Source: Azolla caroliniana (lineage: Eukaryota; Plantae; Polypodiophyta). Taken from it: 64,000 bases of DNA. Shown here piece by piece: positions 1 to 11,529 of the stretch (the first letter of the stretch is position 1; every line of letters starts with the position of its first letter). The notes under the pieces are model-generated. The model made no database searches. It was not told the origin of the DNA and worked only from the letters and a program-made list of their open reading frames with translations. A program made the position numbers and the translations under genes. The stretch is from the NCBI GenBank assembly GCA_043228905.1, contig JBHGNT010000005.1:16740001-16804000 (forward strand). The letters are read 5' to 3'.

Positions 1-1
1 C

Positions 2-2258
2 AATTGTACGAAAGGAGTCTGACAGATGATGGTCTCCAAGGACTACTTGTTGAAGGATTCATGCGGGCCAGAATCCTTCCGACATGCTATTGAGACAAGT
101 ACTAACTTAATAACAACACTGAGGCCATATATTCAAGGTCATGTTAATTTGAAGATAGCCTCCTTATCGCCCAAAAAAGCACCAATAAGGAAATCTGCGG
201 TGCAGTCCAGGCCCTGAAACAAGAAGGTGATGAGAATGTCAGATTCTGATTCATCGAGTTCAATAGAGGATGAAGAGGCTCAAGCTACACCAAGAGCAGA
301 GCTGGCATCTGGTGTGTTCTCATCAGAACAAAATAAAATTAGAAGGGACTTAATACATAGAAAACTAGTGCAGAAGGGGCAAGTTTTTAACCTTCCGATA
401 ACCCATATTCATCGCCCCCCGGTGGATGACCATACAAGACGTTGCCCTTTGGAGATCAGGGAAACACATAAGTTGCACGTCCAAAATTTAAAGAAGAAGA
501 TGAAAATCAACCCTCATGCAACGGTCATGCCTTTTATTGTAATGGTGGATCCTCTTGAGTGCTCTAAGTTAGAGGATTTTGATATTAAGAAGCACGACCA
601 ATACAATGATTTTGTGATTGGAGGATCTCACTCGGCGGAGGCCAGACGACAATTAGTCCGCGAGCATCCCACAACGTTCTTCTTAAAATATGCGGAATGC
701 AAAATTTATGTGGGGTTAATAACTGAGGAGGCGAAGTTGTTAGCATGGGACCACAATAACGACAATGACTATTGGCAGACGATGTCCTCCATCGAACGCA
801 TTAGATTTTTTCACCACGAGTACCTCGACGGGAAAACCAAATATGGAGCGAAATTATATCCAGCTCTACGACGTCAATGTCTCCACGAAGTGGGAATTGT
901 GGTGGACGATGCGGTGAAGTCTGATGGAATCAGAAAGTATGAGCCGTAGTTTCAACTAGCATTTAGGGATGGAGGAGTCTAGGAACTCCAAGATCAAATA
1001 TTTACGATGTGGGAGAATAAGGAAGTAAAGGGTCAAAGACAGAAGAAGTTGAAAGTTGACCCTCAATTAGAATTGAAGAGCTCAGCTGCGAAGAAGATAG
1101 AGCTTACCATTGAGGAAGCGGCAGATGATATGAAGTAGTCTTTATGGAGGGCAATGCAAGGGATCAAAGATGAGCAACTTCTTATATCCGTGCTTTCAAG
1201 AGTTGTAGCGAAGGAGCTGAGCCTAGAGAAAATGGTTACGGAGTTCAACAAGTAAGGTCTCACTAAATTTTTTATGGTTTATCTTGTTTTAAGAAATGAA
1301 TTTTTAATGTTGGTTTATAAACTTTCAGCGACAAAGTCTATATGAAAATACAAGAAGTAATGATGAAGCAACTAGGTTGCTTATCGTGGGAACAAGTGAC
1401 TGAAGAATATCCGATAACGTCTTCGCACAAGGCGTTATCGGAATATTCATTGCATTTAAGGATTGGGTGAGTATAACTCTTTGTTTGATCAATTTCTGGT
1501 GGTCCATCCTGTGTATCACTATCACTTTGTTGATGTCTTATTTTTTTTAGAAACCATGTCGGAGTAAGAGGCCTGGTGAAATAAAGGATATACATGACTT
1601 TCCAACATCCTTTCTTGCGCATCTTGAAAGGGCTAGAAAAAAGAAGGATCGACGCTTGGTAAGGGCGTTTGAGGTGGAAGATGATGGTACCTTCAAGAAG
1701 TTTAGCCATAGAAAAGACATCACCAGAGATCTGTACTACAATGTTTATTGTGGGGATGTTGCTGACAAGATCCACAAGTTGCCAAAGAAAGTGTATACGT
1801 TAATGGTAGCTGATATTCCATACGGTTTTCATATGGCTGGTTCGATCTACGATGACGAACATTTTAGGTTCAAGCAGTTGGAAAAAATGGTAAAAGATTT
1901 CGCCGACTTGACCATCGCTTCCTTGTGGAGAATTGTAATATTTCATAGCATGGATTAGGGATATTCCATGGCTCAAGCGTTGAGATCTCGTTGCCATGGA
2001 ATTGAGAACCTTGCTTGGTAAGGATTTTATCGAAAGCATTGTATCTCAATAGGAATTATATATTATAATTTAAACTGCTTATAACTATTTTGTCAATGGT
2101 CAGGATTAAAACCAACGTAAATAGGGGACCGACTTTTCGGTTCATCAACGCAATGGAATATATATAACAGTTGGTTATTATGACGAGATCAAAAAGCAAA
2201 GAATCAAGCAGCATTCGAATGAGGTGCGATGCTCAAACCTGCTCGTATATCCAGCCGT
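2..2258 (+). pseudogene. 5' part of a spliced ParB/Srx-like domain + beta-class N6A/N4C DNA methyltransferase gene (starts left of the window)
   Basis: ORFs 26-217 and 227-949 share a frame and continue past TGA/TAG stops. ParB-like segment FNLPITHIHRP..HVQNLKKKM..PFIVMVD..FVIGGSHSAEARRQL. GT-AG introns at about 1252-1328, 1467-1550 and 2018-2103. MTase N-half YCGDVADKIHKLPKKVYTLMVADIPYG (motif IV DIPY at 1812-1823), then W-IKTN..AMEYITVGYY with a 2-nt TA slip near 2160. Confidence 0.85.
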
Positions 2259-2978
2259 TGTCGTAGTGTATTCCACACACTACGTGAAAACCATAAAATA
2301 ATATATCCGATTTTAGATACATATAAATAAATAAATAATATATCAAAATATTTATCACATGCATGAGGAAAGATTCGAACCCTATACCTCCACGTAGCCA
2401 AACCTCAACTTTACCATTATGCAACCTTATCTTTAGTGTTATACAAATAGATTTAATAACTATAAGTTCTTTACTTGCGCCTACCTTTATTAAAAGGTAA
2501 ATCATGCATTTTTAGAGTGCGTGAATATTTTATAGGAAAACGCGAGCAACTAAAAAGTGACTCATGCACATCTAGCATGCATGAGCACTATATTTAACAA
2601 ATAAAAGCAAGGATTAGAAAAGCATCACATGCACATTTAGTGTGCATGAACATATTAGAAAAAAGCATGTAGCTATGCTTAGTCTCTCCCATCACTATAT
2701 AAGGATGGGGAGCACATTGTAGTTTTGTTGATTTTTTTTCTATAATGATCAATCAATCTAAAATATTCGTGGCATTCACGAATTTGCTAAAATAATTCTC
2801 TCTTACTACCTAAATATTGACTAAATATACTAAACTCGTGGGATTCACAAGATTCTTATCTTATAACTCTTTATACCTATTCTTTACTAGCCTTATTTGT
2901 ATTTTTCTTCCTCCTAGTCCAAAACCTCGACGGTTCCCACCCGACTCACGCAACGATCCGGAGCCGAAAGGCACGACA
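2259..2978 (+). repeat. 5' LTR of A
   Basis: TGTCGTAG...GCACGACA; repeated at 8523. Confidence 0.95.
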
Positions 2979-2982
2979 CAGT

Positions 2983-3000
2983 TGGTGAACCCGACGTGAA
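2983..3000 (+). promoter_or_regulatory. Primer-binding site complementary to the tRNA-Trp 3' end
   Basis: TGGTGAACCCGACGTGAA is the reverse complement of plant tRNA-Trp ..TTCACGTCGGGTTCACCA. Same or 1-mismatch PBS at 11546-11563 (-), 39891 and 40927. Confidence 0.85.
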
Positions 3001-3017
3001 AACCGGGTGACAAGGAG

Positions 3018-5060
3018 ATGGAAAATCAACCGGAGGCTAGCAACATGATGATGATGTTTGAGCGCATGCTACAAGAACAACGCGCGATATCGGAGATAGC
3101 GGCATCAGTGGAGCGGCTCGTGCAACCAAACAGGCAATTCAACGGGAAAGATGTGCCGCGGTATCTTCGGGACTACAAGGCGGAGATGTTACGGTGCGGA
3201 ATATCGGAAGGACTGCAAGTGACGTCCTTCAACCGGGTGGCGACCGACGGGCTTCAAGCAAGCATCCATGGGCTACAACAACAAAATCCGACATGGGAGG
3301 TGTTTGAAGAAGAGCTAAAGAGGACGTTCACTATCGAGGATTCCTCCAAGGCGACGCGAAGGGGATTCGAAGATTGGGTGGAGACGCCGGACAAGGGATT
3401 GAAGGTCGTTGATGTGTTTTCGACATTCGAAAGCCGGTTCGGGAGGTTGTCCGCGAGAGATCAAGCTATCCTCGTACCGGACAAGGTGATCATGTTCTTG
3501 CGAGCCGTGGACGTTCGGGACCGGAAAGATCTCGGAGTGCTCTTGGAGGACATGACCACGGAGAGTGGCCTCACCGAAACATGGGAAAGCGTGCGGGATA
3601 TCGTCGCGCGATACACGAAGCGGGGGCAATGGCTTGCCAACAAGGAAAAGAGGGTTTCGGAACCGATTCCGAAACCGAGAACCGGATTGGAAGACCATCA
3701 ACCGAGGGCTCAGGAGACTACAACCGAGAAGGGGATTGATGCATCTACGGTGGAGCAACTATTGAAGGAGATGGAGAATCTTAAGATCGCGATGGTGAAG
3801 AAGTCGGATGACTGCCCCACAAGCTCCAAGTATACGGACCGACGGTGCATATGGTGCGATAGCACCGAACACGATCGGAGGGATTGCGACGAGCATAAGG
3901 AGGCGCTACGGCGGGATCTCATCTACTACGAGGGAAACCGGATTCATTCGATGGACTCTCAGAAGCTACTCCGACCGAACTTCCAGAAAGGCGGCATGAA
4001 GAAGTTGCTCGAGGAGGAATTGGCGGCAAGAAGCAACTATGCGACAACCACGGGAATATGTGTCGGGGAGTCATCGAGAGCAAAGACGTCTTTTTGGCCG
4101 GAAGTTCTAGAAAACACCGAGAAAACCGACTCCAACGAGATCCGAAGCACCGCGGAAGGCGTCCGGGAAGCTACGGGATGGGAGTGCCCTGTCGACAAGA
4201 ATAGCGTATACGCCCTGTGTCAATTGCATAAGGTGTATGTGGACGAGAAACGACGACGCACGGAGGATGCGGGCGGGCCATCGAAGATACCGGAAAGCTG
4301 GAACTCCGGAGGTAAGGGAAAAGAAAAGGAAACTCTGGCATTCAAGCTTGCCTCGGACATAGAACAACAAACCGACTTGAAAAGAGTGTTCGAGGAAAGG
4401 ATCTTGGATAGCCGGGTAGATTTCTCGCTTCGGGAGCTACTCGGAATAGCAAAGAAGGAGTTCCACGATCCTCTCGTCGATCTTGTGAAGCGAAAAAGAC
4501 AAAGTACGGAGGAAAATGCTCCAAGGGTGAATGTGAACACCGTTTTAATGAACGACACCGAAGTGGAGGAAGAAATTCCGAACTCCCACTATACAAGGCC
4601 ACATTGGGCACGCGCGACTACGGAGACTCCGGTCCGAATCAGCAACATCAAAGAACCCGTGCTAGCATTGATTGATCACAGATCGGAGGTCAACTTGATG
4701 TCCAAGGAGTTCTACCGGAAGGGGAAGTGGCCTATTAACACCAACCATGGATGGAACATTTGGGTGGCCACCAAAGCAACGAAAGATCTATTTGCGGCTT
4801 GTCCGGATGTGACGGTGAAGATCGGGGATGTCGAGATCGACCAAAATTTCTTCTTGCAAGATGAGGTTTCACATTCCTTCATCCTCGGCCAACCCTTTAT
4901 CACAGCATCACAGATGGAGACGAAGGTGCTCGATAGCGGTGCGGCTTTTGCGCGAATTCAGAGCCAAAATGGTGGGAAATCCGTCCAATTCCTAACGGTG
5001 CCGGAAAATCACGAAAGGAACAAGAGGGAACTCTTGTCCCAAGTGAGAATGGATTTTTAA
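3018..5060 (+). CDS. gag: Gag-protease ORF of A
   Basis: Open 680-aa ORF; zinc knuckle CIWCDSTEHDRRDC; aspartic protease LALIDHRSEVNLM...ILGQPF (catalytic G mutated to R compared with DHGS in D). Confidence 0.9.
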   Translation: MENQPEASNMMMMFERMLQEQRAISEIAASVERLVQPNRQFNGKDVPRYLRDYKAEMLRCGISEGLQVTSFNRVATDGLQASIHGLQQQNPTWEVFEEELKRTFTIEDSSKATRRGFEDWVETPDKGLKVVDVFSTFESRFGRLSARDQAILVPDKVIMFLRAVDVRDRKDLGVLLEDMTTESGLTETWESVRDIVARYTKRGQWLANKEKRVSEPIPKPRTGLEDHQPRAQETTTEKGIDASTVEQLLKEMENLKIAMVKKSDDCPTSSKYTDRRCIWCDSTEHDRRDCDEHKEALRRDLIYYEGNRIHSMDSQKLLRPNFQKGGMKKLLEEELAARSNYATTTGICVGESSRAKTSFWPEVLENTEKTDSNEIRSTAEGVREATGWECPVDKNSVYALCQLHKVYVDEKRRRTEDAGGPSKIPESWNSGGKGKEKETLAFKLASDIEQQTDLKRVFEERILDSRVDFSLRELLGIAKKEFHDPLVDLVKRKRQSTEENAPRVNVNTVLMNDTEVEEEIPNSHYTRPHWARATTETPVRISNIKEPVLALIDHRSEVNLMSKEFYRKGKWPINTNHGWNIWVATKATKDLFAACPDVTVKIGDVEIDQNFFLQDEVSHSFILGQPFITASQMETKVLDSGAAFARIQSQNGGKSVQFLTVPENHERNKRELLSQVRMDF

Positions 5061-8000
5061 AGCGGACTGTTGCGGAGTGGGGAAGTGATAGTCCGAGAAG
5101 TCCTGATACCCCACACAGGAAGAAAACTCTCGGAGCAAAACATGTACGAATCGGTCCGGATGGGGCATCTACGTACACGACCGTAACCAGACAAGTGGAG
5201 GATAAGTTGCGGTCGGCATCAATAATAAAAGAAGATGAAGAAATCATGGGGATAGTCGAAGAAGTGTTCTATGGGAGCACGCTACAACGACTTGAAGAGC
5301 TTGCGGAAGATAAAAGCCAAGGGAACCGGGTAGTCCCGGTGGAATCAGTCGAGATGTACGAGATCATTGCGAAAATGGAGCCAGATACGCTCTGCAAAGA
5401 AGAAGCAATGGTAAGTACGAAATACAAGACCATGGAGAAGTAGGTGAAACTGACCGCGGGACCACTACCCGCCGATAGCGAACAAAAGAGGAAAGAAGTC
5501 TCGGGAGATCCGACACTTCGGAAGTCCGTGGATATCGGACATGCCTTCACGGATGAGACCCGGAAGAAACTTCGGATCGGTGGAGGTGGGTTCCTATTAC
5601 AAAAAGAAGAAGAACGGTTCCGCGAGATGTTGGAGCAACACGGTAAAGCGTTTGCATTTACATCAAGGGAGATAGGGTGCGTCGATCCGAGAATAGTGGA
5701 GCCGATGGTGATCTTCACGATTGACCATGTACCGTGGAACCTGAAGCCGATTCCGGTGCCACGAGCGCATATTCCGAAAGTCATTGACTTGCTCAAGGAG
5801 AAGGTGGCGATGGGGATTCTAGAGCCATCAACTGCTCCGTACTCAAATCGATGGTTTACGGTTCTAAAGAAGAATGGGTCACTCCGATTTATCCAAGACT
5901 TGCAACTGGTGAATAAGGTCACGATCCGGAACTCAGGAGTCGGTCCGATAGTGGACGAATTTGCGGAAGCTTTTGCCGGTCGTGCGATATACTCCATCGG
6001 AGACCTATACTCGGGGTATGACCAATTCCAACTAGCCGTGGAGAGCCGAGACATCACAACCATGCGAACACCAATAGGATTAGTCCGAATGTGCACACTA
6101 CCACAAGGAGCGACAAACTCGGTTGCTCATATGATGAACGCGATGAACAAGGTGCTTCGAGACTGCATTCCGGAGATAACGATGGCGTTCCTCGATGACA
6201 TTCCGATGAAAGGATGCACGGTAGAAGAAAAAGATGAGACTATGGATGATCGGGGATGCCGAAAGTTCGTGGTCGACCATATTCATGATTGCGAGAAAGT
6301 GTTGCGAAAGCTAGAAGATGTGCACCTAACACTTTCCGGGGAGAAATCGGCATTCGGGCAAGAAGAAATATTGGTGGTCGGACATCTATGTGGGCCCTAC
6401 GGCCGAAGACCGTCACCAACAAAGATCGATGCGATTCAAGCTATGGAGGAAATATGCGAGTCAACATCCGAAGTCCGAAGGTTTCTCGGTGCATGTGCAT
6501 TCTATCACATATGGATTCCGCACTATGCACATATAGCGGATCCGCTCTACCACTTGTTGCGGAAAGGTAAGAAATTCGAATGGAAACCGGAACACACCAA
6601 AGCCATCAAGAAATTGAAGAAGACACTTCGGAGGGCGGAAGCACTTAAGAAGCCGAGCTACGACCGACCGATCATAGTAACGGTTGATACAAGTCCAACC
6701 GGTATCGGGTGGGTCATCAATCAAGCCGACTTGGATGGTTCGCGGTATCCGATCCGATTCAGAGCAAAGGTTCTCAACGAAAGGCAACGTGGATATGCAC
6801 AAGTCAAAAGAGAACTGTGGGGAGTCGTGTCGGCAATAAAATCGGATCGGGATTATTTGATCGGAGCCGAAGTGGTGATCGAGACGGATTGTCTTCCGAT
6901 ACTCGGGATGATGCGGTGTTGTACGATACCGGATGTAGCTATGCTAAGGTGGGTTGCATATGTCAAGTCGCTTAATCCGGAGGTTCGACACATCTCGGGG
7001 AAGGACAACGCGGTAGCGGATATGTTATCAAGGGCTCGGTTCGGAGACGACATAACCGAATCGGATAATGAAGAAGTTTCCGAAGACTACTTCGCTTCGG
7101 AGCACATATGCCGAGTGAACGTAATCTGAGAATTTCGGGAAGAAGAATACGAGGGAGAAAGTTTGATGATCGGAAAGATGTTACAAGAGGCCGAGGACTC
7201 AACAAACGATAAAGGAAGAAGAGCCGAGATCCGAAGGAACAAGAGGCAAGTCCAAAAGTTTCACGAATCCGATTGGGCTGGACACTGAGGAACATGGGCA
7301 ACATTTGTGAAGATCAAGCAAAAATATTGGTGGAAGAAAATTTATAAAGATGTCGCGGAGTTCACGAAAAGCTGCGAGAAATGTCAAGTCTACTCCGGGG
7401 TTCGACATCGAGATGAGTTACATCCGACATTCTCACCGACAATCAACTTCAAGTGGATGGTTGACATAGTGGCCATGCCGACCGGGATCGGACAAAAGAA
7501 ATACTTGGTATTAGCTCGGGAAGATCTCACGAATCAAGTAGAAGGTCGAGCGCTTCAGAGGAAAACGTGTTCCGCGGTATGGCAATTTCTTTTGGAGGAA
7601 GTATTTTGCAGGTACGGGTGCGTAGGACAAGTGATTGCGGACCGGGGAGAACTCGACTCGAACAAAGCTAGGGGATTCTTCACCAAACACGGAGTTCGGT
7701 TATCGCTGACAACGGCATACAATCCAGAGGCCAACGGGAAAATCGAACGAGGACATAGTCCGATTGTGAAAGCACTTGCGAAGGCATGCGATGGAAAGGT
7801 GAAGGACTGGCCGCAGATGCTTCCGTATGCACTATGGGCGGATCAGACGACGCATAGCTCCGTAACCGGTTACATGCCGGTAGAACTCATGACCGGACAA
7901 GCACCGGTAATGCCGACGGAAACCGCGATCGCAACATGGACAGTGCTACCGTGGAAGGAAGAGATGAGCCGGGAAGAACTACTAGCGGTCCGGATATGAC

Positions 8001-8419
8001 AACTAGAGGGAAGACTGGCAGACATAGCGGAAGCAATACGCCGACAACAAGAAGCACGGTTCCGGAACAAAAGCCGGTTCGACACAAAGCACCGACTACG
8101 ACCAAGGAGGATTGAAGAAGGAGATTGGGTGGTCGTCTATGACAGTAGTTTGGACCATCAACATACAACGATGCGGAAATTCGCGAAAAGGTGGTTCGGG
8201 CCATACGAGGTTCGGAAATTCTTCGACAACGGAACGTACCGACTGTCCGAGTTGGATGGAACAATACTACGAGTGCCTATAGTCGGGAAGCGGGTGAAGA
8301 TTTTCAAGAAGCGGACCGACGACAAACCCTATGTGATCCAAGCCAAGGCCGACAACGAGGAGGAATCGGACGAAGACCACGGTATGCGGGAAGCGAAGAA
8401 AGTGAATTACAACCCATAG
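5061..8419 (+). pseudogene. pol: pol of A (RT-RNase H-integrase) with premature stops
   Basis: RT LPQGATNS..FLDD; RH VTVDTSPTGIG..IETDC..ADMLSR; IN WMVDIV..IADRGE..NPEANGKIERG..WFGPY. Stops at 5441, 7127 and 7997. Confidence 0.93.
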
Positions 8420-8522
8420 TCGACATTAGGGGAGAATCGGAGGAAGCTTTGGGTGAAGACGGATATGAGGAATCGAGAACTTCGGCACATACTGGAGGAT
8501 GTGCGGGTTCGGAGGGGGCGAG

Positions 8523-9241
8523 TGTCTTAGTGTATTCCACACACTACGTGAAAACCATAAAATAATATATCCGATTTTAGATACATATAAATAAATAAAT
8601 AATATATCAAAATATTTATCACATGCATAAGGCAAGATTCGAACCCTATACCTCCACATAACCAAACCTCAACTTTACCATTATGCTACCTTATCTTTAG
8701 TGTTATACAAATAGATTTAATAATTATAAGTTCTTTATTTGTGCCTACCTTTATTAAAAGGTAAATCATGCATTTTTAGAGTGCGTGAATATTTTATAGG
8801 AAAACGCGAGCAACTAAAAAGTGACTCATGCACATCTAGCGTGCATGAGCACTATATTTAACAAATAAAAGCAAGGATTAGAAAAGCATCACATGCACAT
8901 TTAGTGTGCATGAACATATTAGAAAAAAGCATGTAGCTATGCTTAGTCTCTCCCATCACTATATAAGGATGGGGAGCACATTGTAGTTTTGTTGATTTTT
9001 TTTCTATAATGATCAATCAATCTAAAATATTCGTGGGATTCACGAATTTGCTAAAATAATTCTCTCTTACTACCAAAATAGTGACTAAATATACTAAACT
9101 CGTGGGATTCACAAGATTCTTATCTTATAACTCTTTATACCTATTCTTTACTAGCCTTATTTGTATTTTTCTTCCTCCTAGTCCAAAACCCCGGTGGTTC
9201 CCACCCGACTCACGCAAACGATCCGGAGCCGAAAGGCACGA
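8523..9241 (+). repeat. 3' LTR of A, with a B-type tail and lacking the terminal CA
   Basis: Matches 2259-2978 except the last ~55 nt, which carry B variants (CCCCGGTGGTTC, CGCAAACG). Confidence 0.88.
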
Positions 9242-9900
9242 GGGTTTTGGACTAGGAGGAGGAAGAATTTGAGGCTAATCTTGTGAATCCCACAAGTATT
9301 ACATTAATCAATATTTATGTAAGAATATGAATTTAGATTGAAAGAGATAGATTATCTTAAACTTCGTGAATCCCACGAGTATATTTTATTGATTGTTGGT
9401 GTTTTAGGAAATATATCCAATTTCCCAAATATTTTTCACACACCTATTACATTGTGCTCCCCATCCTTATGTAGTGATGGGAGAGACTAAGCATAGCTAC
9501 ATGCTTTTTTTCTAATATGTTCATGCACACTAAATGTGCATGTGATGCTTTTCTAATCCTTGCTTTTATTTGCTAAATATAGTGCTCATGCACGCTAGAT
9601 GTGCATGAGTCACTTTTTAGTCGCTTGCGTTTTTCTATAAAATATTCACGCACTCTAAAAATACATGATTTACCTTTTAATAAAGGTAGGCGCAAATAAA
9701 GCACTTATAGTTATTAAATCTATTTATAGAACACTAAAGATAAGGTAGCATAATGGTAAAGTTGAGGTTTGGCTACGTGGAGGTACAAGGTTCAAATCTT
9801 GCCCTATGCACGTGATAAATATCTTGATATTTTTATTTTATTTATTGGTGATAAATATCTTGATATTCTTATTTTATTTATTTATATGTAATTAAATTGG

Positions 9901-11529
9901 TTATATTATTTTTACTTTTTCACGTAGTGTACGAAATACACTACGACACTCGCCCCCTCCGAACCCGCACATCCTCCGGTATGTGCCGAAGTTGCCGATG
10001 CTCGTTGTCTCCCCTTCATCCTCCGTTTGTCCCGCTATGTCAACTTTGTCTCTCCATTTTGAGTAGACCCATTCTTTCCACCCGAACCATTGTCGCCATC
10101 CGATCCACCATATTCTTTGTTCATTCTTTGCATTGCCATGAGTGGTTGTCATGGTCCCTTGTGGTACTCTTGAGCATCTCGGTGTGTTGTCTCTCTCCAC
10201 TCCGCGCTTGTCTTCCGTAGGTTTTACCCACGCGTCGATGTCGACCTCCGAATACGCGCTCGCTGTTAGGTCCTTGTGCGGCTTTAATGCATGCTTTATT
10301 TCTCGATGTTGCGCATGCGTCGTATTAGGCCGTAGCGCATGCTTCGTATTCCATCGTAGTGCATGCGTCGTATTACCCCGTAGTGCATGCTTATTTTTGC
10401 ACCGTAGCGTGTGCTTCTTTTTGCGCCGTAGCGTGTGCTTCTCTTTACGCCGTAGCACGTGCTTCTTTTGGTGCCGTAGTGCGTGCTCCGTATTACATGC
10501 TTCTCCCATCGTAGACCCGACCTTCGCGTTGTCATGCTTTTGTTTACATCGGAATTTCAGACGGATCATCTTCCATCCGAACCGGCTTCCGACTTTACCT
10601 TCCTTGTTGCCACCTCCCGTCTCTCCGGTCTCACGTTGGTTCTCGGACACAACCGCCGAAGTCTCTAGAATTAGTGGGTAGGAATCCTCGGTATTATCAT
10701 CTTCCGTTGTTTCACCCATAGCCATGTTCTCCTTGGCTATCTCTCCTTCGTATGCATCGGCTTCGACCTTCGTTTCGTTGTCGCCACTTTCCTTATCTTC
10801 GGTGTTATGTCGACACCCGGGCTCCAGTACCGAAGTCTCCGAAACAATGGTGAAGGAATCCCTTCGTTCGTGCTCATTTACTTTGTCTTCCTCGTTGCCC
10901 TTCCGGTCCTCCACTTTTCCACCGACACATTCCGTCTCTCCGGTCTCACGTTGGTGCACGGGCACAGCCGCCGAAGTCTCTGGAACCGGTGTGGGGATAC
11001 CCTTTCGTCCTCGATCTTCCTCCTCCTCGTCCTTTGTTGGCCTCGACTTTGGTTCGGTTTTAAGCTCCCCTTCAATGTCGACTTGCGACTTTTCATGCAT
11101 CTCCGAACCCTTCCGCATCAAGCTCTCCTTCGGTGGTAGTCGGTGGCCGCTTTTCACCCACTGTTGACCGCCGTTCGTGGACCATGTCCTCGTCCGCTTC
11201 GGTCTTAGATAGTCATATGTGTCTCGTATAGCTTCTTCAAAGGACTCCCACATCGGGCTTTGTTGTCGTATCTCGTGGATTCTCTCTTGAAGCTCATCCG
11301 TAGCCACCCGGTTGAAAGATAACACTTGCAATCTTTCTGAGATACCATATCGCAACATCTCCATTTTGTAGTCACGTAGATAGCGTGACACGTCCTTTCC
11401 ATCGAATTGCCCGTTCTGTTGCACGAGCCGTTGTACTACTGTCGTGATCTCCGACATCTCGCGTTGTTCTTGTAGCATTCTCTCGAACATCATCATCATC
11501 ATGTTCATCGCCTCTTGTTGATTCTCCAT
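9901..11529 (-). CDS. Gag N-terminus fused to a novel acidic and basic-repeat region
   Basis: The first ~105 aa align with A Gag (MENQ..MMMFERMLQEQR..FDGKDVSRYLRDYK). The rest is unrelated: acidic tracts, then 8-aa repeats such as KKHTLRRK. No knuckle or protease. Confidence 0.75.
   Translation of the reverse strand: MENQQEAMNMMMMMFERMLQEQREMSEITTVVQRLVQQNGQFDGKDVSRYLRDYKMEMLRYGISERLQVLSFNRVATDELQERIHEIRQQSPMWESFEEAIRDTYDYLRPKRTRTWSTNGGQQWVKSGHRLPPKESLMRKGSEMHEKSQVDIEGELKTEPKSRPTKDEEEEDRGRKGIPTPVPETSAAVPVHQRETGETECVGGKVEDRKGNEEDKVNEHERRDSFTIVSETSVLEPGCRHNTEDKESGDNETKVEADAYEGEIAKENMAMGETTEDDNTEDSYPLILETSAVVSENQRETGETGGGNKEGKVGSRFGWKMIRLKFRCKQKHDNAKVGSTMGEACNTEHALRHQKKHVLRRKEKHTLRRKKKHTLRCKNKHALRGNTTHALRWNTKHALRPNTTHAQHREIKHALKPHKDLTASAYSEVDIDAWVKPTEDKRGVERDNTPRCSRVPQGTMTTTHGNAKNEQRIWWIGWRQWFGWKEWVYSKWRDKVDIAGQTEDEGETTSIGNFGTYRRMCGFGGGECRSVFRTLREKVKII
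10290..10500 (-). repeat. 24-bp tandem repeat, about 8 copies, in-frame in the B ORF
   Basis: Recurrent CCGTAGCGTGTGCTTCTTTTTGCG-like unit. Confidence 0.85.

Larger units (their letters stand above)
2259..9241 (+). mobile_element. LTR retrotransposon A, Ty3/Gypsy non-chromovirus (Phygy-like), full length, pol degenerate
   Basis: LTRs 2259-2978 and 8523-~9241; tRNA-Trp PBS; Gag-PR ORF followed by RT-RH-IN; PPT GGAGGGGGCGAG just before 8523. The lineage name is an inference. Confidence 0.93.

Noticed and set aside
2-2258. Bacterial contamination or prophage as the source of the ParB-MTase
   Set aside because: The gene has GT-AG introns and plant LTR insertions, one with a clean TSD.
5269-6096. 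Long antisense ORFs over pol (also 42989-43822, 45205-45855, 10142-10681)
   Set aside because: Shadow frames of GC-rich coding sequence with no recognisable motifs.
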